Part shown: piece by piece, positions 1 to 8,752 of the stretch
How positions within the stretch are numbered: the first letter of the stretch is position 1
Layout of the letters: each line of letters opens with the position of its first letter
Assembly: GCA_963820855.1 (NCBI GenBank)
Contig: CAWGBY010000021.1
Coordinates: 5,354 to 69,353, forward strand
Reading direction: 5' to 3'
Source: an uncultured Acidobacteriota bacterium
GTDB lineage: Bacteria; Acidobacteriota; Vicinamibacteria; Marinacidobacterales; SMYC01
Length of the DNA: 64,000 nucleotides
Program-made: the position numbers and the translations under genes
The notes under the pieces: generated by a model
Databases searched by the model: none
Told to the model about the DNA's origin: nothing
What the model saw: only the letters and a program-made list of their open reading frames with translations

Positions 1-399
1 GCTTTCGCCTTGGACCTCGAGAACGACGTTGATGGCGTCCTCTCGCAGTCGGCGGCCGAGCTTTTCGGCCCACTCTACCACCAGCACCGCTCCTTCCTCT
101 TCCATCTCCTCGATTCCGAGCTCCGCGAGCTCCCGTTCGTTCTCGATGCGGTAGAGGTCGATATGGTACAGCACGCGGTTCCCGCCGCTATGGCGCGCGA
201 CGAGCGCGAAGGTGGGACTTGCGATCTCGCTCGGGTCGATTCCGTGATAGGACGCGATACCTTTGGTGAAGAGAGTCTTTCCCGCGCCGAGCTCACCGTG
301 AAGATAATAGAAGGACGCTTCCGGATGCTGGCGGGCCAGCTCGAAGGCGGAAGAGAAGGTTTTCTCGGGGCTCTCCGTCTCCGCGACGGTCTCCTTCAA
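1..399 (-). CDS. tsaE: tRNA t6A37 threonylcarbamoyl-transfer ATPase TsaE (YjeE); C-terminus cut by window edge
   Basis: Minus-strand frame, absent from the ORF track because it has no stop inside the window. It reads ...SFYYLHGELGAGKTLFTKGIASYHGIDPSEIASPTFALVARH..VLYHIDLYRIENERELAELGIEE..AVLVVEWAEKL. P-loop and layout are typical of TsaE. Candidate TTG start at 399-397 overlaps the nnr stop (TTGA). Confidence 0.8.
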   Translation of the reverse strand, partial: MKETVAETESPEKTFSSAFELARQHPEASFYYLHGELGAGKTLFTKGIASYHGIDPSEIASPTFALVARHSGGNRVLYHIDLYRIENERELAELGIEEMEEEGAVLVVEWAEKLGRRLREDAINVVLEVQGES

Positions 400-1946
400 T
401 CGGCCCCCAGACTTCGGAGGGCGGCGGGAAGCTTTCCGATGAGGTCGGTCGCGACCAGGGAAGTCTGACCGATCTCGGCGGCGCCGAGGTCGCCGGCGAG
501 TCCGTGGACGTGGGCTCCCAGAGGAAGGGCCTCCTCGACGTCGATCCCCTGAGCGAGTAGTGAGCCCACGATTCCGGTGAGCACGTCTCCGGTCCCTCCG
601 GTCGCCATTCCCGCATTGCCCGTGAGATTCACGAGAACGTTTCCACTGGGATCCGACACGAGCGTGCGGCGGCCTTTCAAAAGCACGTGCGCCTTCGTGC
701 TCTGTGCGAGCCTTCGAACGGCGGTCAGGCGATCGTTCTCGACTTCCTTCGCCGATGTTCCGAGGAGTCTTCCGGCTTCTCCGGGGTGGGGAGTGAGAGC
801 GAGAGCGCGGCCGGAAGGTATGCTGCCCGGCTTGCGGGCAAAGGCGTTGAGCCCGTCGGCGTCGACGACGGTCGGAATCTCCGAAGCGGCGACGATCTCG
901 CAAATCAGATCGACGGTCTCGTCTTCCGTGCCGAGTCCAGGTCCCACGGCGAAAGCCTGGCGTTCGCGGAGAAGCTCGCGGAGCCTGGGAGCCGCCTCTA
1001 TCGAGACCGCTCCCGACTCGGTCTCGGGCAGAGCCTCCCACATGGCTTCCGGGATCTGCGGCGCCATGATCGGGATGGCGCTTTTCGCGGAAGCGACCGT
1101 GACCAGGCCGACGCCCGCGCGGAGCGCCGCTTCGGCGGCCATCACGGCCGCCCCCGTCTTCCCGAGCGAGCCCGCCAGGATCAGGAGGTGGCCGAACGTG
1201 CCCTTGTGGCTTACGGGCCGGCGCCTTGGAAGGGCCTCCGCCAGGATCGAAGGCTCGAGGGTCTCGAGCCGAGGCGTAGCACTCTCGAGAAACCGCGGCG
1301 GGATCCCGATCTCGACGACCGCGACCTCTCCGCAAAGCTCCGATGCCGGAGAAAGGAAGTGGCAGACCTTCGGGGCCGCGAAGGCGATGGTGAGATCGGC
1401 GTCGAACGCGACTCCGTGAACCACGCCGGAGTCCGATGACAGACCCGAGGGAACGTCGAGCGCTACGCGGAACGTCTCGAGCGAGTTCAGGTCCTCGATC
1501 ACGTGCCGATGGAAAGCGCGGGGCGGCTCGGTCAGGCCGGTGCCGAAGAGCGCGTCGACGACCACGTCGGCGGAAGCGATCTGGGCGAGGACGTCGCTCC
1601 AGGAGTCGGCCGCTGGAGCGGACTCGACGGAGAGTCCGAGCTTCAAGGCGGCCTGGAGGTTGTCGAGCGCCTCGGCGGAGAGCGCTTCGAACGGAGCGAG
1701 AACGATCGCGCGGGCGTCGTAGCCGAGATTGGCGAGCGTCCGGAGCACGACCAATCCATCGCCTCCATTTCCGCCCTTGCCGCAGACGATGACGATGGAT
1801 CGAGACTCGAGATCTTCGATGCGCTCCACCATGGTCCGGACGGCGGCGCGTCCAGCGCTCTCCATCAGGACCGACGCGGGAATTCCGACCTCACGGATCG
1901 TGCGCCGGTCGGCCTCGCGCATGGAGGCGCCGGTCAGGATGTGCAT
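396..1946 (-). CDS. nnr: bifunctional NAD(P)H-hydrate repair enzyme Nnr (epimerase + ADP-dependent dehydratase)
   Basis: Intact 516-aa ORF. N-terminal YjeF_N motif (IVIVCGKGGNGGDGLV). C-terminal carbohydrate-kinase-like domain (HKGTFGHLLILAGS..GKTGAAVMAA, GGTGDVLTG). Confidence 0.9.
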   Translation of the reverse strand: MHILTGASMREADRRTIREVGIPASVLMESAGRAAVRTMVERIEDLESRSIVIVCGKGGNGGDGLVVLRTLANLGYDARAIVLAPFEALSAEALDNLQAALKLGLSVESAPAADSWSDVLAQIASADVVVDALFGTGLTEPPRAFHRHVIEDLNSLETFRVALDVPSGLSSDSGVVHGVAFDADLTIAFAAPKVCHFLSPASELCGEVAVVEIGIPPRFLESATPRLETLEPSILAEALPRRRPVSHKGTFGHLLILAGSLGKTGAAVMAAEAALRAGVGLVTVASAKSAIPIMAPQIPEAMWEALPETESGAVSIEAAPRLRELLRERQAFAVGPGLGTEDETVDLICEIVAASEIPTVVDADGLNAFARKPGSIPSGRALALTPHPGEAGRLLGTSAKEVENDRLTAVRRLAQSTKAHVLLKGRRTLVSDPSGNVLVNLTGNAGMATGGTGDVLTGIVGSLLAQGIDVEEALPLGAHVHGLAGDLGAAEIGQTSLVATDLIGKLPAALRSLGAD

Positions 1947-2750
1947 GGGAGAGGCTTCCGGCCGAGCGCGATTTCGATCGCCTCTGCCGCCGCGACCTCC
2001 ATGGGATCCAGGAGTGGAACCTCACCGGCGCGCTCTCGACCTAGAACCAGCGGAATCTCGGTGCAGGCGGTGAGGACGAGAGACGCCCCCGCATCGCTAA
2101 GTCTTCGAGCGGCCTCCTGGAGCCGCGCGGCGATCGATTCACGGCACTTCGGGATCGCGGAACGCTCCCGACTTGATCCCGCCCCCGGCGCGTTTTCCCT
2201 CGTGCAACGGGCCGAAGATCGGTTCCATCACGAGCCGTTCCTGCATCTCGTCACCGCCGTTCAGATCGAGCAGACTCACGACGCGCGCTCGCGGCGCGAG
2301 CGCTTCGACCTTCTTCCGATAGATATCGGAGCGAACCGTTCCGGACACGGCGAGGAGACCGATCGTCCCGTCCCCACCCACGCGTTCGACCGCGCGCTCG
2401 GCGGTGACTTGAATCATGTCGAGGAAGGGGAGCGTGGTCCGCCGGCGGACCTCATCGAGAAACGCATGAGCGGTGTTGCAGGGAATGACGGCGAACGCGG
2501 CGCCCTCGAGCCGCTTCGCGCTTTCGACCATGGCATCGACGGGAGACTCCGCTCCCTCGAGAAGCGCCCGGGTCCGATCGGGAATGCCCGGCACGGACGA
2601 CACGACCCAGGAAGGGTAGTCCTGGTCTCGAGGCGGCCGACCGAGAGTTTTCGCCGCGCGGTCGAGGAGGAGGCTTTCGAACTCGATGTGGGCATGAGGC
2701 CCCATGCCTCCGAGGATGCCGATCACATACTTCCAGCGGGGCTCTGTCAT
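1934..2750 (-). CDS. aspartate/glutamate racemase family protein, interrupted by one frameshift in this assembly
   Basis: ORF 2139..2801 gives YVIGILGGMGPHAHIEF...AVIPCNTAHAF. The C-terminal third, ESIAARLQEAARRLSDAGASLVLTACTEIPLVLG..PLLDPMEVAAAEA, continues in another frame right after the TGA at 2141-2139. Likely start is the MTEPRWKY Met at 2750. The stop at 1936-1934 overlaps the nnr start. Confidence 0.75.
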
Positions 2751-2787
2751 TTCCTGGGAGCCGGCGAACTGCCGGCTTTCAGACCGC

Positions 2788-2997
2788 TCAGGTGCCGCCA
2801 TAGCCGACGGTCACCTTGCCGCCGTCGAGGATGACGGGGACGGCTCTTCCACCTCCCGTGACCGACATCATCTCCTTCAGACGAGCGGCGTCCTTCTTCA
2901 CGTCGTAATACTCGACCCCTCGTTCCGCATAGGCCTCACGGGCCGCGGTGGTGTAGGGTCAGCCAGCTTTTCCGTAAATCTTGACTTTCTCGGACAT
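2788..2997 (-). CDS. glutaredoxin-like small (seleno)protein, in-frame TGA at 2961-2959 read as Sec
   Basis: Not in the ORF track. The minus strand from ATG 2997 (AGGA 7 nt upstream) reads MSEKVKIYGKAG-TGA-PYTTAAREAYAERGVEYYDVKKDAARLKEMMSVTGGGRAVPVILDGGKVTVGYGGT*. This is a glutaredoxin fold (cis-Pro VP, GG tail) with the TGA at the first position of the CxxC-type motif. Confidence 0.6.
2925..2948 (-). promoter_or_regulatory. candidate bacterial SECIS hairpin downstream of UGA 2961-2959
   Basis: Starts 10 nt after the UGA: CCGC-GGCC-(CGUGA)-GGCC-UAU-GCGG. Two 4-bp stems, a 3-nt bulge, and a G/U-containing apical loop about 18 nt from the UGA. Confidence 0.4.
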
Positions 2998-3021
2998 AAA
3001 TAGATCCTAGCACGACGCTTT

Positions 3022-3807
3022 TCAGCTCATCACCTGTCCGCCGCAGATGTTGTACGCCTGGCCGGTGATTCCGGACGCGTCGTCGGAAGTCAGGTAGAGC
3101 ACGAGCTTCGCGATCTCGGCAGGATCGAGGAAGCGCTTGAGGGGGACACCCGCGATGGCTTGCTCGCGGAATGCTTCGGGAGAGACTCCCAAGACGGCCG
3201 CCGTCTCTCGAATGCCCTGGTCCGCCATGTCGGTCTCGACCCAACCCGGACAAAGCGCGTTCACGGTGATTCCGCGGGGCGCGAGCTCGAGCGCGAGCGC
3301 CCGGGTGAATCCGATGATTCCGTGTTTCGCCGTGCAGTACGCGGCGTACCCGGGAACGCCGAACCGGCCGAGCACCGAGGACATGTTCACGATGCGTCCC
3401 CCGCCCGAGCTCATGAGCGGGAGCGCGTATCTCGTCATCCGGTAGCTTCCGGTCAAGTTCGTCGCCAGGATGCGATCCCACGATTCCTCTTCGCCGTCGC
3501 GCGGCGGGCCGAGCGGCGTCCGTCCCGAGATTCCGGCGTTGTTCACGAGGACATGAAGCTTCCCCCAGCTCTTCTCGACTTCCTCGAAGGCCCGCCGGAC
3601 CTCGTCGCCCGAGGTCACGTCGCAGGAAAGCGCGATCGCGCGGCGGTCTTTTCCGTTCCAGGAATCAGCGAGCCTCTCGAGCTCCGCGAGAGAGCGGGCG
3701 CATAGAGCGACCTTCGCTCCCTCCTCCAGATAGGCCTCCGCGATGGCGCGCCCGATCCCGCGGCTCGCGCCGGTCACGACGGCGACTTTTCCAACGAAAC
3801 GGTTCAA
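3022..3807 (-). CDS. SDR family oxidoreductase (FabG-like)
   Basis: C-terminal 261 codons of ORF 3022..4305: GKVAVVTGASRGIGRAIA, NNAG, S..YxxxK (YAAYCTAKHG). GGAGAGG SD precedes a TTG at 3807 that overlaps the NUDIX stop (TTGA). The Arg-rich N-terminal extension of the ORF is spurious. Confidence 0.9.
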   Translation of the reverse strand: MNRFVGKVAVVTGASRGIGRAIAEAYLEEGAKVALCARSLAELERLADSWNGKDRRAIALSCDVTSGDEVRRAFEEVEKSWGKLHVLVNNAGISGRTPLGPPRDGEEESWDRILATNLTGSYRMTRYALPLMSSGGGRIVNMSSVLGRFGVPGYAAYCTAKHGIIGFTRALALELAPRGITVNALCPGWVETDMADQGIRETAAVLGVSPEAFREQAIAGVPLKRFLDPAEIAKLVLYLTSDDASGITGQAYNICGGQVMS

Positions 3808-4343
3808 GGTTTCCTCTCCTTCGTCCGGGAACAGAAGTAGCGGCGCGTGTAAGCGCGAAGCGCGTCCCGCGTGCTCGGAAAGGCGAGCTCCTCCCAGGGA
3901 ATGTCCGGAGGCGCGAAGGTCGCGAGCTCGAGGCTCTCGTCTTCGGCCCGTGGCTCCCCCGAAACGAGGTCCGCGGCGTAGACCACGACCACGATGGGCG
4001 AGCCGGAGTAGGAGTACACGTCGAGAAGCTCCCGCACGCGCACCTCGACGCCGGCTTCCTCTCGCGTCTCGCGGACCGCCGCTTCCACGACCGTCTCGCC
4101 GCGGTCGACGAACCCGCTCGGGAACCCCCACTTTCCGTAGCCGGGCTCGATCGCGCGCTTCAGCAGGACGAGCTTGCCGTCGACTTGAAAGAGAGTTCCC
4201 GCAGCGACCTTTGGATTCAGGAAGAAGACGAACTCGCAAAGGCGGCAGACGAGCCTCTCGGGCTCGTTCTTCTTCAGCGTCTTCGAATCGAGGGCGCCGC
4301 CGCACTTGGGACAGAAGCGGTACTCGTCCGCGGGAATGCTCAT
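3804..4343 (-). CDS. NUDIX hydrolase with N-terminal zinc ribbon
   Basis: CPKCGG..CRLC ribbon, then a Nudix box GFPSGFVDRGETVVEAAVRETREEAGV. Alternative start at 4367. Confidence 0.85.
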   Translation of the reverse strand: MSIPADEYRFCPKCGGALDSKTLKKNEPERLVCRLCEFVFFLNPKVAAGTLFQVDGKLVLLKRAIEPGYGKWGFPSGFVDRGETVVEAAVRETREEAGVEVRVRELLDVYSYSGSPIVVVVYAADLVSGEPRAEDESLELATFAPPDIPWEELAFPSTRDALRAYTRRYFCSRTKERKP

Positions 4344-4390
4344 GGTGGTCGACCCGTGATCTATCATCCGGTCCAGGGGAGAGTCAAAGA

Positions 4391-5338
4391 ATGGCGATAT
4401 TCTTCACTGAAGAGGACGTCCGGAGCCTCCTTCCGATGGCAGACGCAGTCGCCGGGGTCGAGGAGGCGTTTCGGCTCCTGGGCGAGAAGAAGGCGGTCAA
4501 CCGGCCCCGGGGCCGCGTCCGGCTGAACCGGCTCGTGCTCCACGTGATGTCGGCGGGAAGCGACGCGCTTGGCTACGCGGGGCTCAAGGCGTACACCACC
4601 GGACCTTCGGGCGCGCGTTTCTACTTCCTGCTCTTCGATTCGGGAACCGGGGAGCTGAAAGCGATGATGGCGGCCGATAGCCTGGGGCAGATCCGCACGG
4701 GCGCCGCGACCGCGGTCGCGACCCGCCACCTCGCACCGCGCGAGGCGACGCGGGTGGGAATCTACGGAAGCGGCTGGCAAGCGCGCTCGCAGATCGAAGC
4801 CCTCGCGGCTTCGCGTGCAGTGTCCCAGGTGATGGTCTTTAGCCGCGATCCCGCCCGGCGACAACAATTCTGCGGCGAGATGACGAGCGCCATCAATCTT
4901 CCCGTGCGCCCGGCGTCGCGTCCGGAGGAAGTCGCGGCGGAGTCCGAGATCCTCGTGACCGCGACGAGCTCGAAGGAGCCGGTCCTCCTCGGCGCGTGGC
5001 TCGAGCCGGGGCATCACGTGAATGCGGTCGGCTCGAACGCCGTGGGCCGCCGCGAGATCGACGAAGCCGCGGTGACCAGGGCCGACGTCATCGCCGCGGA
5101 CTCCGTCGAGGGCGCGAAGATCGAGTGCGGCGATCTGATCGCCGTCGTGGAGGCGGGGAAGTTATCCTGGGACAAGGTCCGGGAGCTTTCGGACATCGTC
5201 GCCCTTGGCTTCACGCGGGAGCCTCGCGCGGTAACGCTCTTCGAATCGCAGGGGCTCGCGATCGAGGATGTCGCGGCGGCGAAGACGGTCTACGAGAGGG
5301 GACTGGAGCAAGGGCGCGGACGATCGATCGATGTCTAG
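4391..5338 (+). CDS. ornithine cyclodeaminase / mu-crystallin family protein
   Basis: Begins MAIFFTEEDVRSLL inside ORF 3743..5338. Rossmann motif IYGSGWQARSQIEA. Family-typical length of 315 aa. Confidence 0.9.
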   Translation: MAIFFTEEDVRSLLPMADAVAGVEEAFRLLGEKKAVNRPRGRVRLNRLVLHVMSAGSDALGYAGLKAYTTGPSGARFYFLLFDSGTGELKAMMAADSLGQIRTGAATAVATRHLAPREATRVGIYGSGWQARSQIEALAASRAVSQVMVFSRDPARRQQFCGEMTSAINLPVRPASRPEEVAAESEILVTATSSKEPVLLGAWLEPGHHVNAVGSNAVGRREIDEAAVTRADVIAADSVEGAKIECGDLIAVVEAGKLSWDKVRELSDIVALGFTREPRAVTLFESQGLAIEDVAAAKTVYERGLEQGRGRSIDV

Positions 5339-7176
5339 ATCCAAACGGGAAATTCTCGAGGCCGCGGCTGCGGGAGACGCCATCGCGGAGCTCCTGATTC
5401 CGGTCCTCGAGGAGCCCACGGGCGTTTCGAGCGCGGGATTCCCCTACTTGCAGCAGAGCGCGTGGGAGACGTTTCGCGATCGGGTCCCTCATCTCCTCGG
5501 AATGGGACAGAGAGTGGTCGATGCCTGCGATCGGTTGAGCTCGGCCTTCGACCGCGGAGACTCCGCGCTGGAGGATCGGGAAGCGATTCGAAACGCGTCG
5601 ACCGTCGTCCGGCAGGTCGCGCTCACCGCGGCCATCACCGCGCCCCCCGATCTCTGGCTCTTGCGGCACGTGCTCGGCGCTTTCGCGGATCTCGGGCTTC
5701 TCGAACGGCTTTCGCAAGGGGAAGCCATCTACCCCGATGCCTGCGCCGTTCCAATCGACGGCCGGACAAGGCGGCTCGATGCCGCCGAGCTCGACAAGGA
5801 CCTCCATTTCCTTCTGTCCCGGGGGCTCGTCGAACAATACGACGAGGGATTTCGCATCGCGGGTCATCCCCGGGCAAGAGACCTCTTCTCTCGCATTGGA
5901 CCGCTTCCCTGCCCGAATTCCCGCGAACCTGACGAGTCTGTGGAGGCGTCTTTTCACCGGTTTGGTGCTCTCGAACGAGGAGCTCGAACTTCTCCTCGAT
6001 CTCGGCAAGGCGGCACGGCGCCGCATCGACACCGCGCAGAACCACTGGATTCCCGACCGCGACGAGCTCGGGCTCGGATTTCGGCTGCTGCCGATCGTCC
6101 TCGGCCTCCGGGCGAGCGGGCGGACCTCCGCGCTGGTCGAGTCCGCCGCGACGCGGCCCGAGGAATGGAGCCGCCCGCATCCCGTGGTCGCCGCCTCCGC
6201 ACTCGAGGTCCTCACCGCTTCCGGTTGGATGCGGCGGGACGGCGAGAGCTACAAAGTGACGGCCTCGGGGGCGAGAGGCTTCGCGAAAGGCCCCGGGCCC
6301 TTCGGCATCATCGAGACCTACCACCCGTACATGCAGCGGGCTCGCGAGATCCTCCTCCACGGGACATCGTCCGCTCACGTGAGCCGCGGCGAGAACGTGG
6401 GAGCGAGCCAGGACGCGAACCGCGCTACCTTCGAACAGGCGAACGACGCGCTCGATCGCTTCTGCCAGGACACGGGCTTTCAGTATCAGGTATTCATCGA
6501 GCACGCGATCGGCCGCGGCGAGGCGACGCGCCAGAGGTTCGCCCGGTCGGGCGGCGCGCTCCACTACGTGGGGGCGGATCTCGAGGACGCCGCGATCGAC
6601 GCGGCGATGGAGGAGCAGCGCCGGGGCGCCCTACCCGCGAGCATGATGTTCGTGCGGCAGGCGGACATCGGCCGGCCCGAGGTCCTGACCGCGGCGCTCT
6701 CGAGCGCGGGACTCTCATCCGACGGCGCGGTGATGCTCGTCGGAAACGGATTTCACGAAGTGCGCGGCCAGTCGGACGAGAGCATGGTGGAAGTCTTCCG
6801 CGCCTATCACCGCGCGGGATTCCTGCTGCTCTTCACCGAAGAAAGCGCGCTCTCTATCGATGATTTGAGGGCTACCGCCTGGAACACCTACCACGCGGGG
6901 TTCAAGTACGTTCACGACAAGAGCGGCCAGGCGCTGCGGCCCGCGGAGCCGCTGCCGCGACCCGCGCGGCTCGGCCGTCCCATGCTCGCTCCGTGGAGCG
7001 AATGCGCCCGGCACGCCGGCTACGTGCGCGCGGACGCCTACTGCACGAGGACGCGCACCGTTTACCCCTACCGGCCGAAGGGCGGGTTCAACCCTTCGAT
7101 CAGCGTGAACCACTTCTTCGTGCCGTCGCGGCTCGCGGGAACGATCCGCTCGGCGAAGTCGGGCTCGGAACCGTAA
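5331..7176 (+). CDS. hypothetical protein, winged-helix-like N-terminal repeats plus degenerate class-I methyltransferase-like C-terminal domain; one frameshift near 5895-5930
   Basis: ATG 5331 overlaps the OCD stop by 8 nt. Frame of ORF 5268 (MSRSKREILEAAAAGD...GLVEQYDEGFRIAGHP) continues in the frame of ORF 5737 (LTSLWRRLFTGLVLSNEE...). The C-terminal part has YVGADLEDAAIDAA, MLVGNGFHEV and VNHFFV. Confidence 0.55.
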
Positions 7177-8097
7177 GCGTCAGGGCGCTCTTCTTACCCC
7201 GCCGGGCACGGCGAGATTCAGAGGCGGCGGCGGCGCAAGCTTCCGCGGGAGCGAGGGCGAACCACGCGACTCCCGCGCGCTGGGGAAGCCGGCGGACCTC
7301 TCGTCCCGTCGCGCGATCGACGAAGACCGCATCGAACGTTCCGTTCGTTCCCAGAAGACCGCGCCACATCACGGACGGGTTTTCGAAGAGCGCCTTCTCG
7401 GGCTCGAAGTAGGACGCCTGCGCGATGTGCTCGGGAAGCTGCGCGAAAAGATCTCCGCCGTTCATGATCGTCACGAACACGGGCTCCGCGGAATGTTCGA
7501 CTTCGATCGTTCTCCCTCGACGGAACCTTCGAAGCCCCAGGCAATCCTCAGAGGATAGCCTCGGCGGACGGAGTCGAAGAGAGCCTCCTTCGTTCCCTCC
7601 ATCGCCTGGCCGTCCGCGTCGTGGCGGTAGACGAGGCGCCATGCGGGAATCGCGCAGGCCGAAGCGCGCTCGTCGACGCACCACTCGCTCGCGACGCGAT
7701 GAGTGCTGGGGTCGCTGCCGTCGTCGAAATGACTTTCGAGAACACCGTTCGTGCCGAGAAGTCCGGTCCATCGCAGACCGCCCCGCGGAAGCTCGATGCG
7801 GCCCTCGCCGCGCCGCGGCTGCTGCCTCTGGATGTCGTGGAGCTGCGCGAAAACGTTGCCTTCGAACTCGGTCAGAAAACCGGAGTCGGCCCAATGCGAG
7901 ACGTCGGGGGAGCCGTCGCCGTCGCCGTCGAGGGACCAGGAGACACGCAGGGGAAGTCCCGCGCGAAACGCCGAGAGAACGGCCGCCTTCGTTCCGTACT
8001 GCTCACGGCCATCCTGGTCCAATCGAACGAGAGGATGAGAGCAGAGAGACTCGGGAGGAGCTGCGAGCGCCGCGGCCAGAAGGAAAGGCGAGAACAT
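7100..8097 (-). CDS. secreted hypothetical protein with two internal repeats (LLGTNG motif); frameshifted near 7500, 3' end uncertain
   Basis: Signal-like start MFSPFLLAAALAAPPES. Repeat 1 is LRWTGLLGTNGVLESHFDD. Repeat 2, VMWRGLLGTNGTFDAVFVD, lies in the frame of ORF 7100..7894. Confidence 0.45.
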
Positions 8098-8098
8098 C

Positions 8099-8752
8099 TC
8101 ACCCCTGTGTCATCTGCGAAAGGAACTCTCGAAGCTCCTCGGGCTCGAAGCGGAACGGACCCATTCCGCCCTTGTAGGCGATGCGGCCCGCCTGGTCGAT
8201 GACGTAGATCCGCTCGGGCCACGCGGCGTAGCAGGCCATCGCGGTGTTGCGGATGTCATCGACCAGAGTCTCCGTCTCGACCTCCATCCGATCGACGAAG
8301 GTGCGAGCGAGCTCGACGCGAGCCTCGAAGGTCTGGGGCTGGTCGAAGACCACCTTCGGACTCGACGTTGGAGTCCATCTGCCATTCGTCCTCCGGGTGG
8401 GCTTCCTTGATGTACACGAGGACGAGCTCGACGCGGTCCTTGAAGTCTTCCCTGATTTTTTCGATTTCGGCCAACCTGGCTCGAAAGGGCGGTCACGTGT
8501 AGCTGCCGAAGACCAGGACCAGAGGCTTCTCACGATAGAAATCGGAGATCTTCCTCGGTCCCGAGCCGTCGGCAGACGCAAGCTCGAGGTCGGGAGCCAG
8601 GTCGCCGACCGCGAGCGAGCCCTCGGAGCGGATGTCGTACTCGTTGTAGCGGATCCACGCCCGCTTCAGCGCTTCGAAGTAGCCCCACGCCGCCGAGAAG
8701 AACGAGGGCTACGGCCGCGAGGAGGAGTCTTGAGCCATCTCTTCTTCTTCAA
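8099..8752 (-). CDS. membrane-anchored iodothyronine-deiodinase-like (thioredoxin-fold) selenoprotein; in-frame TGA at 8495-8493; two indel frameshifts (about 8690 and 8355)
   Basis: TTG 8752 gives MKKKRDGSRLLLAAVALVLLGGVG (TM anchor). Then ...DFYREKPLVLVFGSYT-TGA-PPFRARLAEIEKIREDFKDRVELVLVYIKEAHPEDEWQMD. The C-terminus comes from ORF 8099..8581 (VVFDQPQTFEARVELARTF...ERIYVIDQAGRIAYKGGMGP). Confidence 0.7.
8468..8483 (-). promoter_or_regulatory. candidate bacterial SECIS hairpin downstream of UGA 8495-8493
   Basis: Starts 9 nt after the UGA: CG(A)GCCA-GGU-UGGCCG. GC-rich stem with one bulged A and a GGU apical loop about 16 nt from the UGA. Confidence 0.45.

Noticed and set aside
1436-1792. 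Numerous Arg/Pro/Ser-rich ORFs on the opposite strand or in alternative frames of real genes (for example 1436..1792, 5211..6215, 5635..6564, 27624..28751, 47326..49152 5' part, 54239..56230, 55714..58053)
   Set aside because: Their composition is typical of off-frame translation of GC-rich coding DNA. Each fully overlaps a gene with clear family motifs. No independent SD or start evidence.
2139-2141. TGA inside the racemase gene as a possible third Sec codon
   Set aside because: The conserved continuation (ESIAARLQEAARRL..ACTEIPLV) is in a different frame after the TGA, so this is an indel frameshift and not recoding. The same reasoning applies to the TGA at about 10329 in the ALDH gene.
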